Positions 1 through 8,643 of a stretch of 64,000 nucleotides of DNA are shown here, piece by piece. Under the pieces are notes generated by a model. It had not been told where the DNA came from and made no database searches. It saw only the letters and a program-made list of their open reading frames with translations. Location: assembly GCA_035380865.1 (NCBI GenBank), contig DAOSYA010000001.1, positions 61,044 through 125,043 of the forward strand. Direction: 5' to 3'. The DNA is from a bacterium (GTDB lineage Bacteria > UBP15 > UBA6099). Every line of letters starts with the position of its first letter. Position 1 is the stretch's first letter. Position numbers and translations under genes: made by a program.

Positions 1-1
1 C

Positions 2-1075
2 GGGCCGGAACTGCCTCTGACCCTGGGGCTTACCGACAGGTTCGAGGAACAGGGGCTCAAAGTGTTCGGGCCTTCGCGGGCATGCGCTCAACTCGAGGGA
101 AGCAAGGTTTTCGCGAAAGAGTTTATGAAAGAATTCGGGATACCGACTGCCGGTTACGAGGTTTTCGAAAAGCTCGAAGATGCAGTCGCACATCTTGATA
201 AAATTGACTATCCAACTGTTATCAAGGCGGATGGACTTGCGGCCGGAAAGGGAGTTCTTGTCGCAAAGACACGGGATGAAGCGGACGCGTTTTTAAAAGA
301 TATTATGCTTGACCGGGTGTTCGGCGAGGCCGGAAGTTGTGTGATTATCGAAGATTGTCTCCAGGGCGAGGAAACTTCGATTCTAGCGCTTTCGGATGGA
401 AAAAACATGGTGGTGCTGACCCCGTCGCAGGATCACAAGCGGGCGCTCGATGACGACATGGGACCGAATACCGGTGGAATGGGCGCGTACTCGCCTGTTT
501 CCATTGTCACGCCTGATCTGATAGATGAAATCCGGGAAAAGGTTCTTCAGCGCGTTGTCGATGGGATGAACGAGCGAGGGACGCCATACGTCGGCGTCAT
601 ATATGCGGGTCTTATGCTTACGGAAAAAGGGCCTTCGGTTCTGGAATTCAATGTCAGGTTCGGGGATCCCGAAACGCAGGTTGTTGTTCCGCTGATCGAG
701 GGCGATCTCGCGGAAATGTTCCATGCGGCTGTGAACGGTGATGTGAAGACCGCGCGGTGGAAGCCCGCGAGCCGTTCGGCGCTGTGTGTTGTTATGGCTT
801 CGGGAGGATACCCGGGCAGTTATGAAAAAGGAAAAGTTATTGAAGGCCTCGAAGAAGCGGCGAATATGGACGATGTCATTGTTTTTCACGCCGGGACCAG
901 CGAGAAGGATGGCGAGTTCGTGACAGGCGGCGGGAGAGTTCTTGGCATCACCGGTATGGGAGAAACGCTTCAGGAGGCTCAAGATAAAGTTTACGAAGCA
1001 GTTAAAAAAATCCGTTGGGATAATGTACAATATCGGACTGATATTGGAAAAAGAGATCTTGTGAGGTTGAAGTAA
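2..1075 (+). CDS. purD: phosphoribosylamine--glycine ligase (PurD), 5' end outside window
   Basis: The frame is open from the window edge (GPELPLTLGLTDRFEEQGLKVFGPS...). PurD/ATP-grasp hallmarks are VIKADGLAAGKGV, PNTGGMGAYSP, LEFNVRFGDPE and GGRVLGITG. Confidence 0.9.
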   Translation, partial: GPELPLTLGLTDRFEEQGLKVFGPSRACAQLEGSKVFAKEFMKEFGIPTAGYEVFEKLEDAVAHLDKIDYPTVIKADGLAAGKGVLVAKTRDEADAFLKDIMLDRVFGEAGSCVIIEDCLQGEETSILALSDGKNMVVLTPSQDHKRALDDDMGPNTGGMGAYSPVSIVTPDLIDEIREKVLQRVVDGMNERGTPYVGVIYAGLMLTEKGPSVLEFNVRFGDPETQVVVPLIEGDLAEMFHAAVNGDVKTARWKPASRSALCVVMASGGYPGSYEKGKVIEGLEEAANMDDVIVFHAGTSEKDGEFVTGGGRVLGITGMGETLQEAQDKVYEAVKKIRWDNVQYRTDIGKRDLVRLK

Positions 1076-1076
1076 A

Positions 1077-2219
1077 ATGAGGAAAGAAGTTCTTTTAACA
1101 CCGGGGCCTTCTCAGGTTCCTCATCGCATAGCCGCTGCAGGTGCGGTTCCGATTATGCATCATCGTTCTGTGGAATTTGGCGAAATATTCAAGGAAATCA
1201 CACCCAAGCTTAAAAAGGTTTTTGGAACTGAAGGCGATGTTTTTATGCTTTCAGCATCCGGGACCGGGGCCATGGAAGCATGTGTTATCAACACACTGTC
1301 GCCGGGTGACCGTGTCGTGGTGGGAATAGCGGGGAAATTCGGCGAAAGATTCTCTCAGATGTGCAGCACCTGGGGAATAGATGTTATAGAGATCAACGTG
1401 GAATGGGGCCGGATTGTTACGCCGGAACAGATCAAGGATATTCTTTCAAAAGAAAAGGACATCAAAGCGGTATTCATAACATACAGTGAAACTTCATCGG
1501 GCGTAATGCACCCGCTGGAAGAGATCGGCCCGATTGTCGATGACTACGGCGCGCTTTTCATAGTCGATGCGGTCAGCTCTCTCGCAGGCATGGAGATGAG
1601 GATGGACGACTGGAAAGTTGACCTCGTCGCCACAGGTTCGCAAAAAGCGCTGATGCTTCCTCCGGGCATGGCTTTTGTCGGGATTCGGGGCGAAAAAGCA
1701 TGGAAGGCGATCGAGGAGTCAACGATACCGAAATTTTATTTCGATCTGAAAAAGTATAAAAAGTCGTTCGACAAATCGGGTGACACGCCGTTTACAACGC
1801 CCGTGTCTCTTTGTTTGAGCCTCAATGAGTCTCTTGACATGTTGCTTGAAGAGGGACTGGACAATGTGTATGCGCGGCATAAAAAACTTGCGGCAGCAAC
1901 CCGGGCCGGGGTTCAGGCGCTCGGACTGGCCTTGTTCTCGGAACATCTTGCGTATGTGGAAACTGTCTTTGCGGTCCCCGAAGGAGTCGACGGCAAAAAA
2001 ATAGTCAGTACAATGACGAACAAGTATGGTGTTAGAGTAGCCGGCGGGCAGGATCCCTACAAGGGCAAGATCGTGAGGATCGCGCACATGGGATATGCGA
2101 CACATCATGATGTTATGCTTGCGATGACGGCACTGGAAATGACGCTCAGGGAACTGGGCTATGAATGTGATCTTGGAGCCGGATCCAGGGCGGCAGAGGA
2201 GGTTTTTCTGAGTGACTAA
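1077..2219 (+). CDS. class V (AGXT/SerC-like) PLP-dependent aminotransferase, probable phosphoserine or serine-pyruvate aminotransferase
   Basis: SASGTGAMEA and TGSQKALMLPPG (Lys of SQK is the PLP lysine) match the class V fold. It starts 2 nt after the purD stop, and its stop overlaps the serA start. Confidence 0.8.
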   Translation: MRKEVLLTPGPSQVPHRIAAAGAVPIMHHRSVEFGEIFKEITPKLKKVFGTEGDVFMLSASGTGAMEACVINTLSPGDRVVVGIAGKFGERFSQMCSTWGIDVIEINVEWGRIVTPEQIKDILSKEKDIKAVFITYSETSSGVMHPLEEIGPIVDDYGALFIVDAVSSLAGMEMRMDDWKVDLVATGSQKALMLPPGMAFVGIRGEKAWKAIEESTIPKFYFDLKKYKKSFDKSGDTPFTTPVSLCLSLNESLDMLLEEGLDNVYARHKKLAAATRAGVQALGLALFSEHLAYVETVFAVPEGVDGKKIVSTMTNKYGVRVAGGQDPYKGKIVRIAHMGYATHHDVMLAMTALEMTLRELGYECDLGAGSRAAEEVFLSD

Positions 2220-3810
2220 AGCGAAACCCAGAGTTCTTATATCCGATAAAATTTCAAAAAAGGGTGTGAGCATCCTTAAAAAAACCTGCACCGTGGATGT
2301 CAAACCGGGCTTGAGCGAAGCCGAGTTGATAAAAATCATTCCACGGTATGATGCCCAGATAGTGAGGGCCGCGACGAAAGTTACGGCAAAGGTTATCAAA
2401 GCCGCAAAGAATCTCAAGATCGTCGGGCGTGCCGGTGTCGGTGTCGATAACATCGATGTCGCCGCTGCGACAAAGGCCGGGATACTTGTCGTTAATTCTC
2501 CTGAAGGCAATATAATATCGGCGGCGGAACAGACGATCGCGCTTCTTATGGCGCTGTCGAGGAAAACTCCGCAGGCGTATTGTTCCATGAAAGAAGGCAA
2601 GTGGGAAAAAAGCAAGTTCATGGGTTCTCAGGTATACCAGAAAACACTGGGCCTGGTGGGGTTCGGAAAAATCGGAAAGCTGGTGGCCGAACGCGCTATC
2701 GGACTCGGCATGAATGTGATTGTGTCGGATCCGTATGCAAATGAAGAAGCAGTCGAGAAGATAGGCGCCGTGATGGTTGATCAGGGTACTCTCCAGAAAG
2801 AGTCGGACTATATCACTTTCCATGTGCCGAAATCCAAAGAGACATATCATTTATGTTCAAAGGATGATTTCAAAAGGATGAAGGACGGTGTGTTCATCAT
2901 AAATTGTTCGCGCGGCGGGGTGGTCGACGAGGAAGCTCTGGTCGAAGCGATAGACAGCGGGAAGGTTGCGGCGGCGGGGCTCGATGTTTTTGAGAAAGAG
3001 CCGCTGCCCGCGGACAGCATTCTCATGGGGCATCCGAATATAATTATGACACCGCATCTTGGAGCCTCGACGGTTGAGGCGCAGGAGAATGTAGCGGTTG
3101 ACGTTTCGATACAAATTTCTAATTTCCTGAACGGGAAACCGGTTACAACGGCGGTTAATATGCCGGCTATGAAACCGGAAGTTCTCAAACTCCATGAGCC
3201 GTATTTCAATATGGTGGAGAAGCTGGGCATGCTGCTGGAAGGCTTGAGGAGTTCGCCGGTGAAGTCTGTTGAAATACTTTACGAGGGTGAAGTGTCAAAA
3301 ATGCAGACTTCCATCATTACGAACTATTTCCTGCTGGGAATGATGAGGCGAAGATTTTCCGACACGGTGAATGTGGTGAACGCGCAGATACTGTGCAGGG
3401 AAAGGGGAATTAATGTTGTTGAAGTGAGCAGGGACGAATGTTGCGATATTTCATCCGAAAGCAGGATCACGGCGAAGCTGGTTGAGAAGAGCAGGGAACG
3501 AACGGTTGCGGCGCACCTGATAGGCGGGAAAGAACCGAGGATAGACCTGATAGACGGGTTCAATATAGATCTTGTGCCGGAAGGCACATACTTGCTGATC
3601 AGCCACACCGACAAGCCGGGAATGATCGGTAAAGTTGGAATGCTGCTGGGCGAAAGCAACATTAACATAGCGGGAATGCAGGTAGGGCGCGAAAAGGTTC
3701 GCGGCAATGCCGTAATGGCAATTGCAGTTGATGATGATGTTCCCGCCGAAATGATGAAAAAGATAAGAAAATTTGGTGGGATAAGGTCGGCAAAGCTGGT
3801 TTCTTTTTAG
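2212..3810 (+). CDS. serA: D-3-phosphoglycerate dehydrogenase, long form with C-terminal ACT-like domain
   Basis: GTG start overlaps the upstream stop. Motifs are GRAGVGVDNIDV, the NAD motif GLVGFGKIGKLVA, and PHLGAST. The C-terminus ISHTDKPGMIGKVGMLLGESNINIAGMQVGR looks like an ACT domain. Confidence 0.9.
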   Translation: MTKAKPRVLISDKISKKGVSILKKTCTVDVKPGLSEAELIKIIPRYDAQIVRAATKVTAKVIKAAKNLKIVGRAGVGVDNIDVAAATKAGILVVNSPEGNIISAAEQTIALLMALSRKTPQAYCSMKEGKWEKSKFMGSQVYQKTLGLVGFGKIGKLVAERAIGLGMNVIVSDPYANEEAVEKIGAVMVDQGTLQKESDYITFHVPKSKETYHLCSKDDFKRMKDGVFIINCSRGGVVDEEALVEAIDSGKVAAAGLDVFEKEPLPADSILMGHPNIIMTPHLGASTVEAQENVAVDVSIQISNFLNGKPVTTAVNMPAMKPEVLKLHEPYFNMVEKLGMLLEGLRSSPVKSVEILYEGEVSKMQTSIITNYFLLGMMRRRFSDTVNVVNAQILCRERGINVVEVSRDECCDISSESRITAKLVEKSRERTVAAHLIGGKEPRIDLIDGFNIDLVPEGTYLLISHTDKPGMIGKVGMLLGESNINIAGMQVGREKVRGNAVMAIAVDDDVPAEMMKKIRKFGGIRSAKLVSF

Positions 3811-3925
3811 AGCGAAAAACGATCGTTAAGGGATATATACAGGACTCAAAAAAGATTGTCTTTTGATTTGTTTTGATTTAAAATGTACTGCCTTTAACGA
3901 GATGTATATATGGAGGAATGTAGTA

Positions 3926-5101
3926 ATGGCAGCAGAAAAGGGCAAAGGCAAGATGGAAGATGATTATTTCGGAACCCCGCTGAGCGTAGCGATGAATATG
4001 CCTTTCACGCTTGAAGTAGGAGATATTATCCTGGGCAGGATTTCCAAGATCGACGAAGAGTTTGTTTATGTAAGTACCGGTTTCAAATCCGAAGGCAGAA
4101 TTCCCGTAGAGGAGTTCAAGAAAGGGCCGGATGCGGATAAAGAACTGAAGCTCGATGATGAAGTCGAGGTTATGGTCAATCGTATATCAGGAGAGGATAT
4201 TTATCTTTCTTACAGCAAGGTCGTCGAGAAGCGGCTCTGGGATGATTACGGAAAGAAGTCCGAGAACGGTGAACCGATAGAAGGAAAGATAACACAGCAG
4301 GTCAAGGGTGGCTACCGGATGGATATAGGTTTGCCCAGACATGCTTTTCTTCCGGGTTCTCATCTGGGTATGCAGGTCCAGGATCAGTCGGAGGTTATTG
4401 AAAAAACCTTCCCGGTGCTGATTATTGAGTTCAATCCTGAAACCGAAAACATTGTTGTTTCTCATCGCGATTACAAAAAGCGCATTCAAAAGGAAAAAGA
4501 GGGAGAGATTTATGAGAATCTCGAAGTCGGTTCTTTTGTTGAGGGCAAAGTAACGCGACTGACCAATTTCGGCGCATTTGTCGATATCGGAGGAGCCGAA
4601 GGTTTGGCCCATGTTTCGGAACTTGCATGGTCAAGGGTAGGGCATCCATCACAGGTGTTGAATTGCGGCGATGAGATCAGGGTAAAGGTTATTAATGTCG
4701 ATGTCGAGAACAAGAAGATTTCTTTGAGCATCAAGCAGGCACAGGAAGATCCCTGGAACAGCGCCGCGGATAAATTCCCTGTGGATTCAGAGATGACCGG
4801 GACTGTTTCAAAAGTTGTCAAGTTCGGGATGTTTGTCAGGCTTAAAGATGATTTCGAAGGGCTTCTGCACATAAGCGAAATCCAGTCCGCCGGCGAGGAT
4901 GACAGAAAGAAATTCAAGGCCGGCGACGAGCTTAAGGTCAAGATTCTGAATGTAGACATGGAGAACAAGCGCATCAAGCTTGGTCTTGTAACTCAGGGCG
5001 GGGCGAGTGTTCCGAACGAAATGAAACAGTACTATGATAACGGAAGCAGCGGCGTAAGCCTCGGCGATATGCTGGAAGGCAAGCTTGACGGTATCGAATA
5101 A
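3926..5101 (+). CDS. rpsA: 30S ribosomal protein S1 (short, about four S1/OB repeats)
   Basis: Repeated S1 motifs include GKVTRLTNFGAFVDIGGAEGLAHVSEL and GTVSKVVKFGMFVRLKDDFEGLLHISE. The start is placed at ATG 3926 behind GGAGG (3912-3916); the track ORF opens at TTG 3863. Confidence 0.8.
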   Translation: MAAEKGKGKMEDDYFGTPLSVAMNMPFTLEVGDIILGRISKIDEEFVYVSTGFKSEGRIPVEEFKKGPDADKELKLDDEVEVMVNRISGEDIYLSYSKVVEKRLWDDYGKKSENGEPIEGKITQQVKGGYRMDIGLPRHAFLPGSHLGMQVQDQSEVIEKTFPVLIIEFNPETENIVVSHRDYKKRIQKEKEGEIYENLEVGSFVEGKVTRLTNFGAFVDIGGAEGLAHVSELAWSRVGHPSQVLNCGDEIRVKVINVDVENKKISLSIKQAQEDPWNSAADKFPVDSEMTGTVSKVVKFGMFVRLKDDFEGLLHISEIQSAGEDDRKKFKAGDELKVKILNVDMENKRIKLGLVTQGGASVPNEMKQYYDNGSSGVSLGDMLEGKLDGIE

Positions 5102-5123
5102 TCTGTTCCATCGAATATTTCAG

Positions 5124-5164
5124 AAAGCCCGGTTGCGTGATCTGCCGGGCTTTTTTATTTTTTA
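5124..5164 (+). terminator. rho-independent terminator after rpsA
   Basis: The stem is aaagcccgg (5124-5132) paired with ccgggcttt (5145-5153). A T-run follows. Confidence 0.7.
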
Positions 5165-5258
5165 AAACTTTCCGGAAATCACGATTGTTGTTATACATCA
5201 TTCTTATGAACTGTTATAATTCATAAAGCGAAATTGAATTGAAACGGCAATTTCAATA

Positions 5259-5846
5259 ATGTTTATTATCGGGCTCACAGGAACAATCGGAAGCGGAAAA
5301 AGTGCGGTTGCCGATATGCTTGCCGGCCTCGGGGCCGAAGTCATCGATACCGATGTAGTGGCGAGGGATGTTGTCGAACCGGGAACACGCGGGTTTGATC
5401 TGATAGTCGCGAACTGGGGTAAGGTTGTTTTGAACAGCGAAGGCCGTCTTGACAGAGAGGCGCTCGCGGATATCGTGTTCAATGATGAGGCGCAAAGGCA
5501 GAAGCTGAATTCTCTGATCCATCCGCTTGTGATCGAGCAGGTCGGCAGGATGATCAAAGATTCGGCGGCGAGGGCTGTTGTTCTTGTTGTCCCGTTGCTG
5601 TTCGAGAGTGGAATGCACAAAATGGTGCAGAGCGTCTGGGTTGTTTCGGCTGATGAGGAATCGCTGGTTGAGAGAATAAGGGTTCGGGACGGCTGTGATG
5701 CAGAGCATGCTGGAGCCCGGATAAGGAGCCAGATGAAGCAGGATGAAAAGATCGCGCTTGCGGATGTGGTGATTGACAATAGCGGAAGCCTGGAGAGAAC
5801 GCGCGGGCAGGTTGAGGAGGCATGGAAAAAGCTTGAAGAACTTTAA
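5259..5846 (+). CDS. coaE: dephospho-CoA kinase
   Basis: N-terminal P-loop GLTGTIGSGKS. Length and layout are typical of CoaE. Confidence 0.9.
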   Translation: MFIIGLTGTIGSGKSAVADMLAGLGAEVIDTDVVARDVVEPGTRGFDLIVANWGKVVLNSEGRLDREALADIVFNDEAQRQKLNSLIHPLVIEQVGRMIKDSAARAVVLVVPLLFESGMHKMVQSVWVVSADEESLVERIRVRDGCDAEHAGARIRSQMKQDEKIALADVVIDNSGSLERTRGQVEEAWKKLEEL

Positions 5847-6684
5847 CTTCTCGGTGCTGGTGGTAGCTTATCTGCTGCTGACAGGATGGGTTTTTACAGG
5901 CACTCGCAGTATGGAAAAATTCGTTATCGTTGCGATAGCAGCCTCTCCTCTGATATGGATGGCTTTCGCGTCGCAGGGAAGAGGAATAAAGGTTTTCGTA
6001 GAAGCGGAACTGAAGTCGCATTCGATGCTGTCGCATGCTGTTGCCGTTGCGTGTTCAGCGCTGCTGCTGGTGTTCATAATGAAATCGGGCATTCAGTATG
6101 GAGCTGTCAGGGGGCCTGTACAGTTTTTCGGGAACTACCGGGTCGGCTGGGATATAAACAGCAGCGTGGAACTGCTAGTGTTGAACCTGTTGCTTGCAGC
6201 ATGTGCGAGTACTATCTGGTCGGGCTACAGGTTCTCGGGCGCGGTTGCGGGAAGTTTCGCCGCAAGGATGGGGAAAGCTTTTTTTGCGGGGGTTAGAGAA
6301 CCTTACAGACTGCTGATCTATATATACGCATGGGCTTTGTTGTGGTCTTTTGGAATCGGGGCTGTTTCGATTGTCTGGCGGGATTTCAATGTTCAGATGC
6401 TGTATGTTGTGACGGGCAGGGCGACCGTTCCGCTTGTTTTGCTTTTAATAATTGCCATGATGCGGCTGAAGGTTTTTGCCGTTGCGGTTCCTGTTGCGCT
6501 TGGAATGATTTTCTATCTTGTTACAATAAATTCAGGAGCTGCTAAAGCCGCTGTTTTTGTGTTTGTTCCGGCTGTTGTGGGCGCTGTGCTTTTGGGTTAC
6601 AGGTTTGCTAAAGCCGGCGGTGAGGAAGTAGTTGACGCTGTTGACAGAACCGGGGAGGCTGACGAAGGTGAAGAAGTATCTTGA
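5833..6684 (+). CDS. polytopic membrane protein, unknown function (start uncertain)
   Basis: Multiple hydrophobic helices run throughout and the C-terminal tail is acidic. The track ORF opens at 5773 inside coaE. TTG 5833 lies behind GAGGAGG (5814-5820); ATG 5911 is an alternative. Confidence 0.5.
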   Translation: MKNFNFSVLVVAYLLLTGWVFTGTRSMEKFVIVAIAASPLIWMAFASQGRGIKVFVEAELKSHSMLSHAVAVACSALLLVFIMKSGIQYGAVRGPVQFFGNYRVGWDINSSVELLVLNLLLAACASTIWSGYRFSGAVAGSFAARMGKAFFAGVREPYRLLIYIYAWALLWSFGIGAVSIVWRDFNVQMLYVVTGRATVPLVLLLIIAMMRLKVFAVAVPVALGMIFYLVTINSGAAKAAVFVFVPAVVGAVLLGYRFAKAGGEEVVDAVDRTGEADEGEEVS

Positions 6685-7258
6685 ATGGGGAAAAGAAGTG
6701 TTGTCTGAAGAAGCTCGTGCAATCAGCAGTCTTGAGGCGAGGCTGGGTGATGAGTTTGCGGAGGCGGTGAAGCTGGTAAGGTCATGCAGGGGAAAGGTAA
6801 TCGTGAGCGGGCTTGGTAAGTCGGGCCATGTCGGTAAAAAGATAGCCGCATCGCTCGCGAGTCTTGCGACGCCTTCCTTTTTTATGCATTCGACGGAGAC
6901 GCTTCACGGAGACGCCGGGATGATGGAACCGAGAGATGTCCTGATAGCGATATCAAACTCGGGGAGCACTGCCGAAGTCGTTTCCGCTGCTCAAATAGCA
7001 AAGAGCTACGGATTAAAAGTCATTGCAATGACCGGGAATAAAAATTCCCCGCTGGGCAAAACCGCCGATGTCTGGCTTGATATAGGAATAGATAAAGAGG
7101 CCGATCCCCTGGATCTCGCGCCTACGTCGAGCTCGACGGTGACGCTGGCTCTCGGAGATGCGCTTGCTGTTGCCGTTGCGAGGTCGAAGGATTTCAAGAA
7201 ATCCGATTTCGCATACAGGCATCCGGGTGGCGCGCTCGGCAAAAAGTCAAAAAAGTAA
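6632..7258 (+). CDS. SIS-domain protein, KpsF/GutQ-like sugar-phosphate isomerase lacking the usual CBS pair
   Basis: GKVIVSGLGKSGHVGKKIAASLASLATPSFFMHSTETLHGDAGM matches the KpsF/GutQ SIS core. At 208 aa there is no room for CBS domains. The start could be TTG 6632 or GTG 6668. Confidence 0.75.
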   Translation: MTLLTEPGRLTKVKKYLEWGKEVLSEEARAISSLEARLGDEFAEAVKLVRSCRGKVIVSGLGKSGHVGKKIAASLASLATPSFFMHSTETLHGDAGMMEPRDVLIAISNSGSTAEVVSAAQIAKSYGLKVIAMTGNKNSPLGKTADVWLDIGIDKEADPLDLAPTSSSTVTLALGDALAVAVARSKDFKKSDFAYRHPGGALGKKSKK

Positions 7259-7272
7259 AAGATAGTGATAGT

Positions 7273-7794
7273 ATGAAAAGCTGCATTACGGCTGTCGCGA
7301 CAATACTGATTGTTTTTTCTTTTCATATTGCATACTCCGATATTTCTCCTTCATATTCACTTGTTTCTCCGGAATTTCTCGCGCAATTCATTCCGCTCAA
7401 TGAATATGACGCAGTGAAGATGAGCAGGAATATCGAAAATGCGACCGGCAGGTTTCCGGACAGCCCGGATGCTATCATGTTTAACGATGAAAGCGATGCT
7501 GAGCAATATTGTGCGCTGCCGCCGCAGGTTGTTAAGGTCTGGAGCGAAGGAGACAGGGTAATATTAGTCTGGAGCGGTGAGAATCCCGACAATTATCGAT
7601 ACAATATTTACAGGCAGGAAGAAACAGGATTTTTATCTTTGCTGAATGTTGTCCCTATAGCAGCAACGGAATATATATTGCCGTCGGAGCTTGAGGTGAA
7701 AGGCTCGCTGTATTTTGTGGAGAGTGTGGCACCTGATGGCTCGGCCAGCAGTTTGAGCATGCCTGCGAGCCGTATCGTCACAGGGGCCGAGTAA
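7273..7794 (+). CDS. secreted hypothetical protein (signal peptide plus possible FN3/Ig-like domain)
   Basis: N-terminal hydrophobic signal MKSCITAVATILIVFSFHIAYS. No recognisable catalytic motif. Confidence 0.5.
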   Translation: MKSCITAVATILIVFSFHIAYSDISPSYSLVSPEFLAQFIPLNEYDAVKMSRNIENATGRFPDSPDAIMFNDESDAEQYCALPPQVVKVWSEGDRVILVWSGENPDNYRYNIYRQEETGFLSLLNVVPIAATEYILPSELEVKGSLYFVESVAPDGSASSLSMPASRIVTGAE

Positions 7795-7804
7795 GTCCCC
7801 GGCG

Positions 7805-7838
7805 CTTAAGGGGAACTTTTGAAAAAGTTCCCCTTAAG
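7805..7838 (+). terminator. near-perfect 16-bp palindrome 11 nt after the stop of 7273-7794 (terminator-like, no U-tract)
   Basis: cttaaggggaactttt (7805-7820) pairs with aaaagttccccttaag (7823-7838). Confidence 0.4.
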
Positions 7839-7842
7839 GATC

Positions 7843-8545
7843 CCTTCAAAACTTTTCGCGCTTCGCTCGACTTCTACGGGTAATCCGCATGGGAACGTTG
7901 CCCGCTGAAGTGGGAATGTCTTTTCCTGGATTCCGGCTTACAACATGCCGGAATGACGGCGGTCCAGGCCGGCAGGCCAGCCGGCTTTTTGTCCTTTTAC
8001 GTTCTCGCTTCGTGATTATGTAGCTCTTTGAAAATACACCTTAGTGTTACTTGTTCAGTTATTACTGCTACTGTTACCCGCTGTCATCATTACATATTAT
8101 CTGTCATTCCCGACGGAGATCGGGAATCCAGGGGGGGCAGGACGGCCAGGGGACGTGCTTTCCGGGCGGGTAGGCCTTGCCTGCTTTTTGTTTTTTTACA
8201 TACTCGATTAGTGGACAGCTCAAACTTAAAACACCTTAGTGTTTCTTTTGTCCTGTCATTGCGAGAAGTGAGCAGGGCCTGTCGCCTTGCGAACTACGCG
8301 GCAATCCCGACTTGAGAATCCTTCCAAAACTTTCAGTTTGACTTTTACGGGCAATCCACATGGCGCTTGCCTGCTGGAGACCTTACCCGCTGTCATTCCT
8401 GCGAAGGCAGGAATCCAATCCTTAATGCAAAAATATTCTGGTGTGCCATGTACAAAGCGTCGTTCTTTGTGCATGAAGTCTTTAATATGATGTCATTAAA
8501 AATTATTATGTTGCCATACCAGAGAAGGCGGAAATCCAATCGATA
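7843..8545. repeat. array of degenerate hairpin-bearing intergenic repeats (REP/MITE-like)
   Basis: Hairpins of the form tcattcc-N-ggaatcc occur at 7930-7954 (inverted orientation), 8106-8127 and 8395-8414. Looser variants lie near 8257-8307 and 8513-8545. Paired longer segments are 7843-7915 vs 8320-8385, 7967-7990 vs 8166-8195, and 8036-8052 vs 8231-8247. Confidence 0.7.
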
Positions 8546-8643
8546 GTGTACCGTTAAGCAATCAAGCACAACATGGTTTCGGGTGCCACACGGCGTATAT
8601 ACCCATATTTGCCAAACGGCTCTTTTCGATATGCCGGTTGTTC

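Noticed and set aside
8028-8490. Track ORFs 8028-8315 (+), 8256-8474 (-) and 8287-8490 (+) as possible small proteins
   Set aside because: They lie entirely inside the hairpin-repeat array. Their sequences are just translations of the palindromic units (for example VIPAKAGIQ), they overlap each other on both strands, and they lack ribosome-binding sites.
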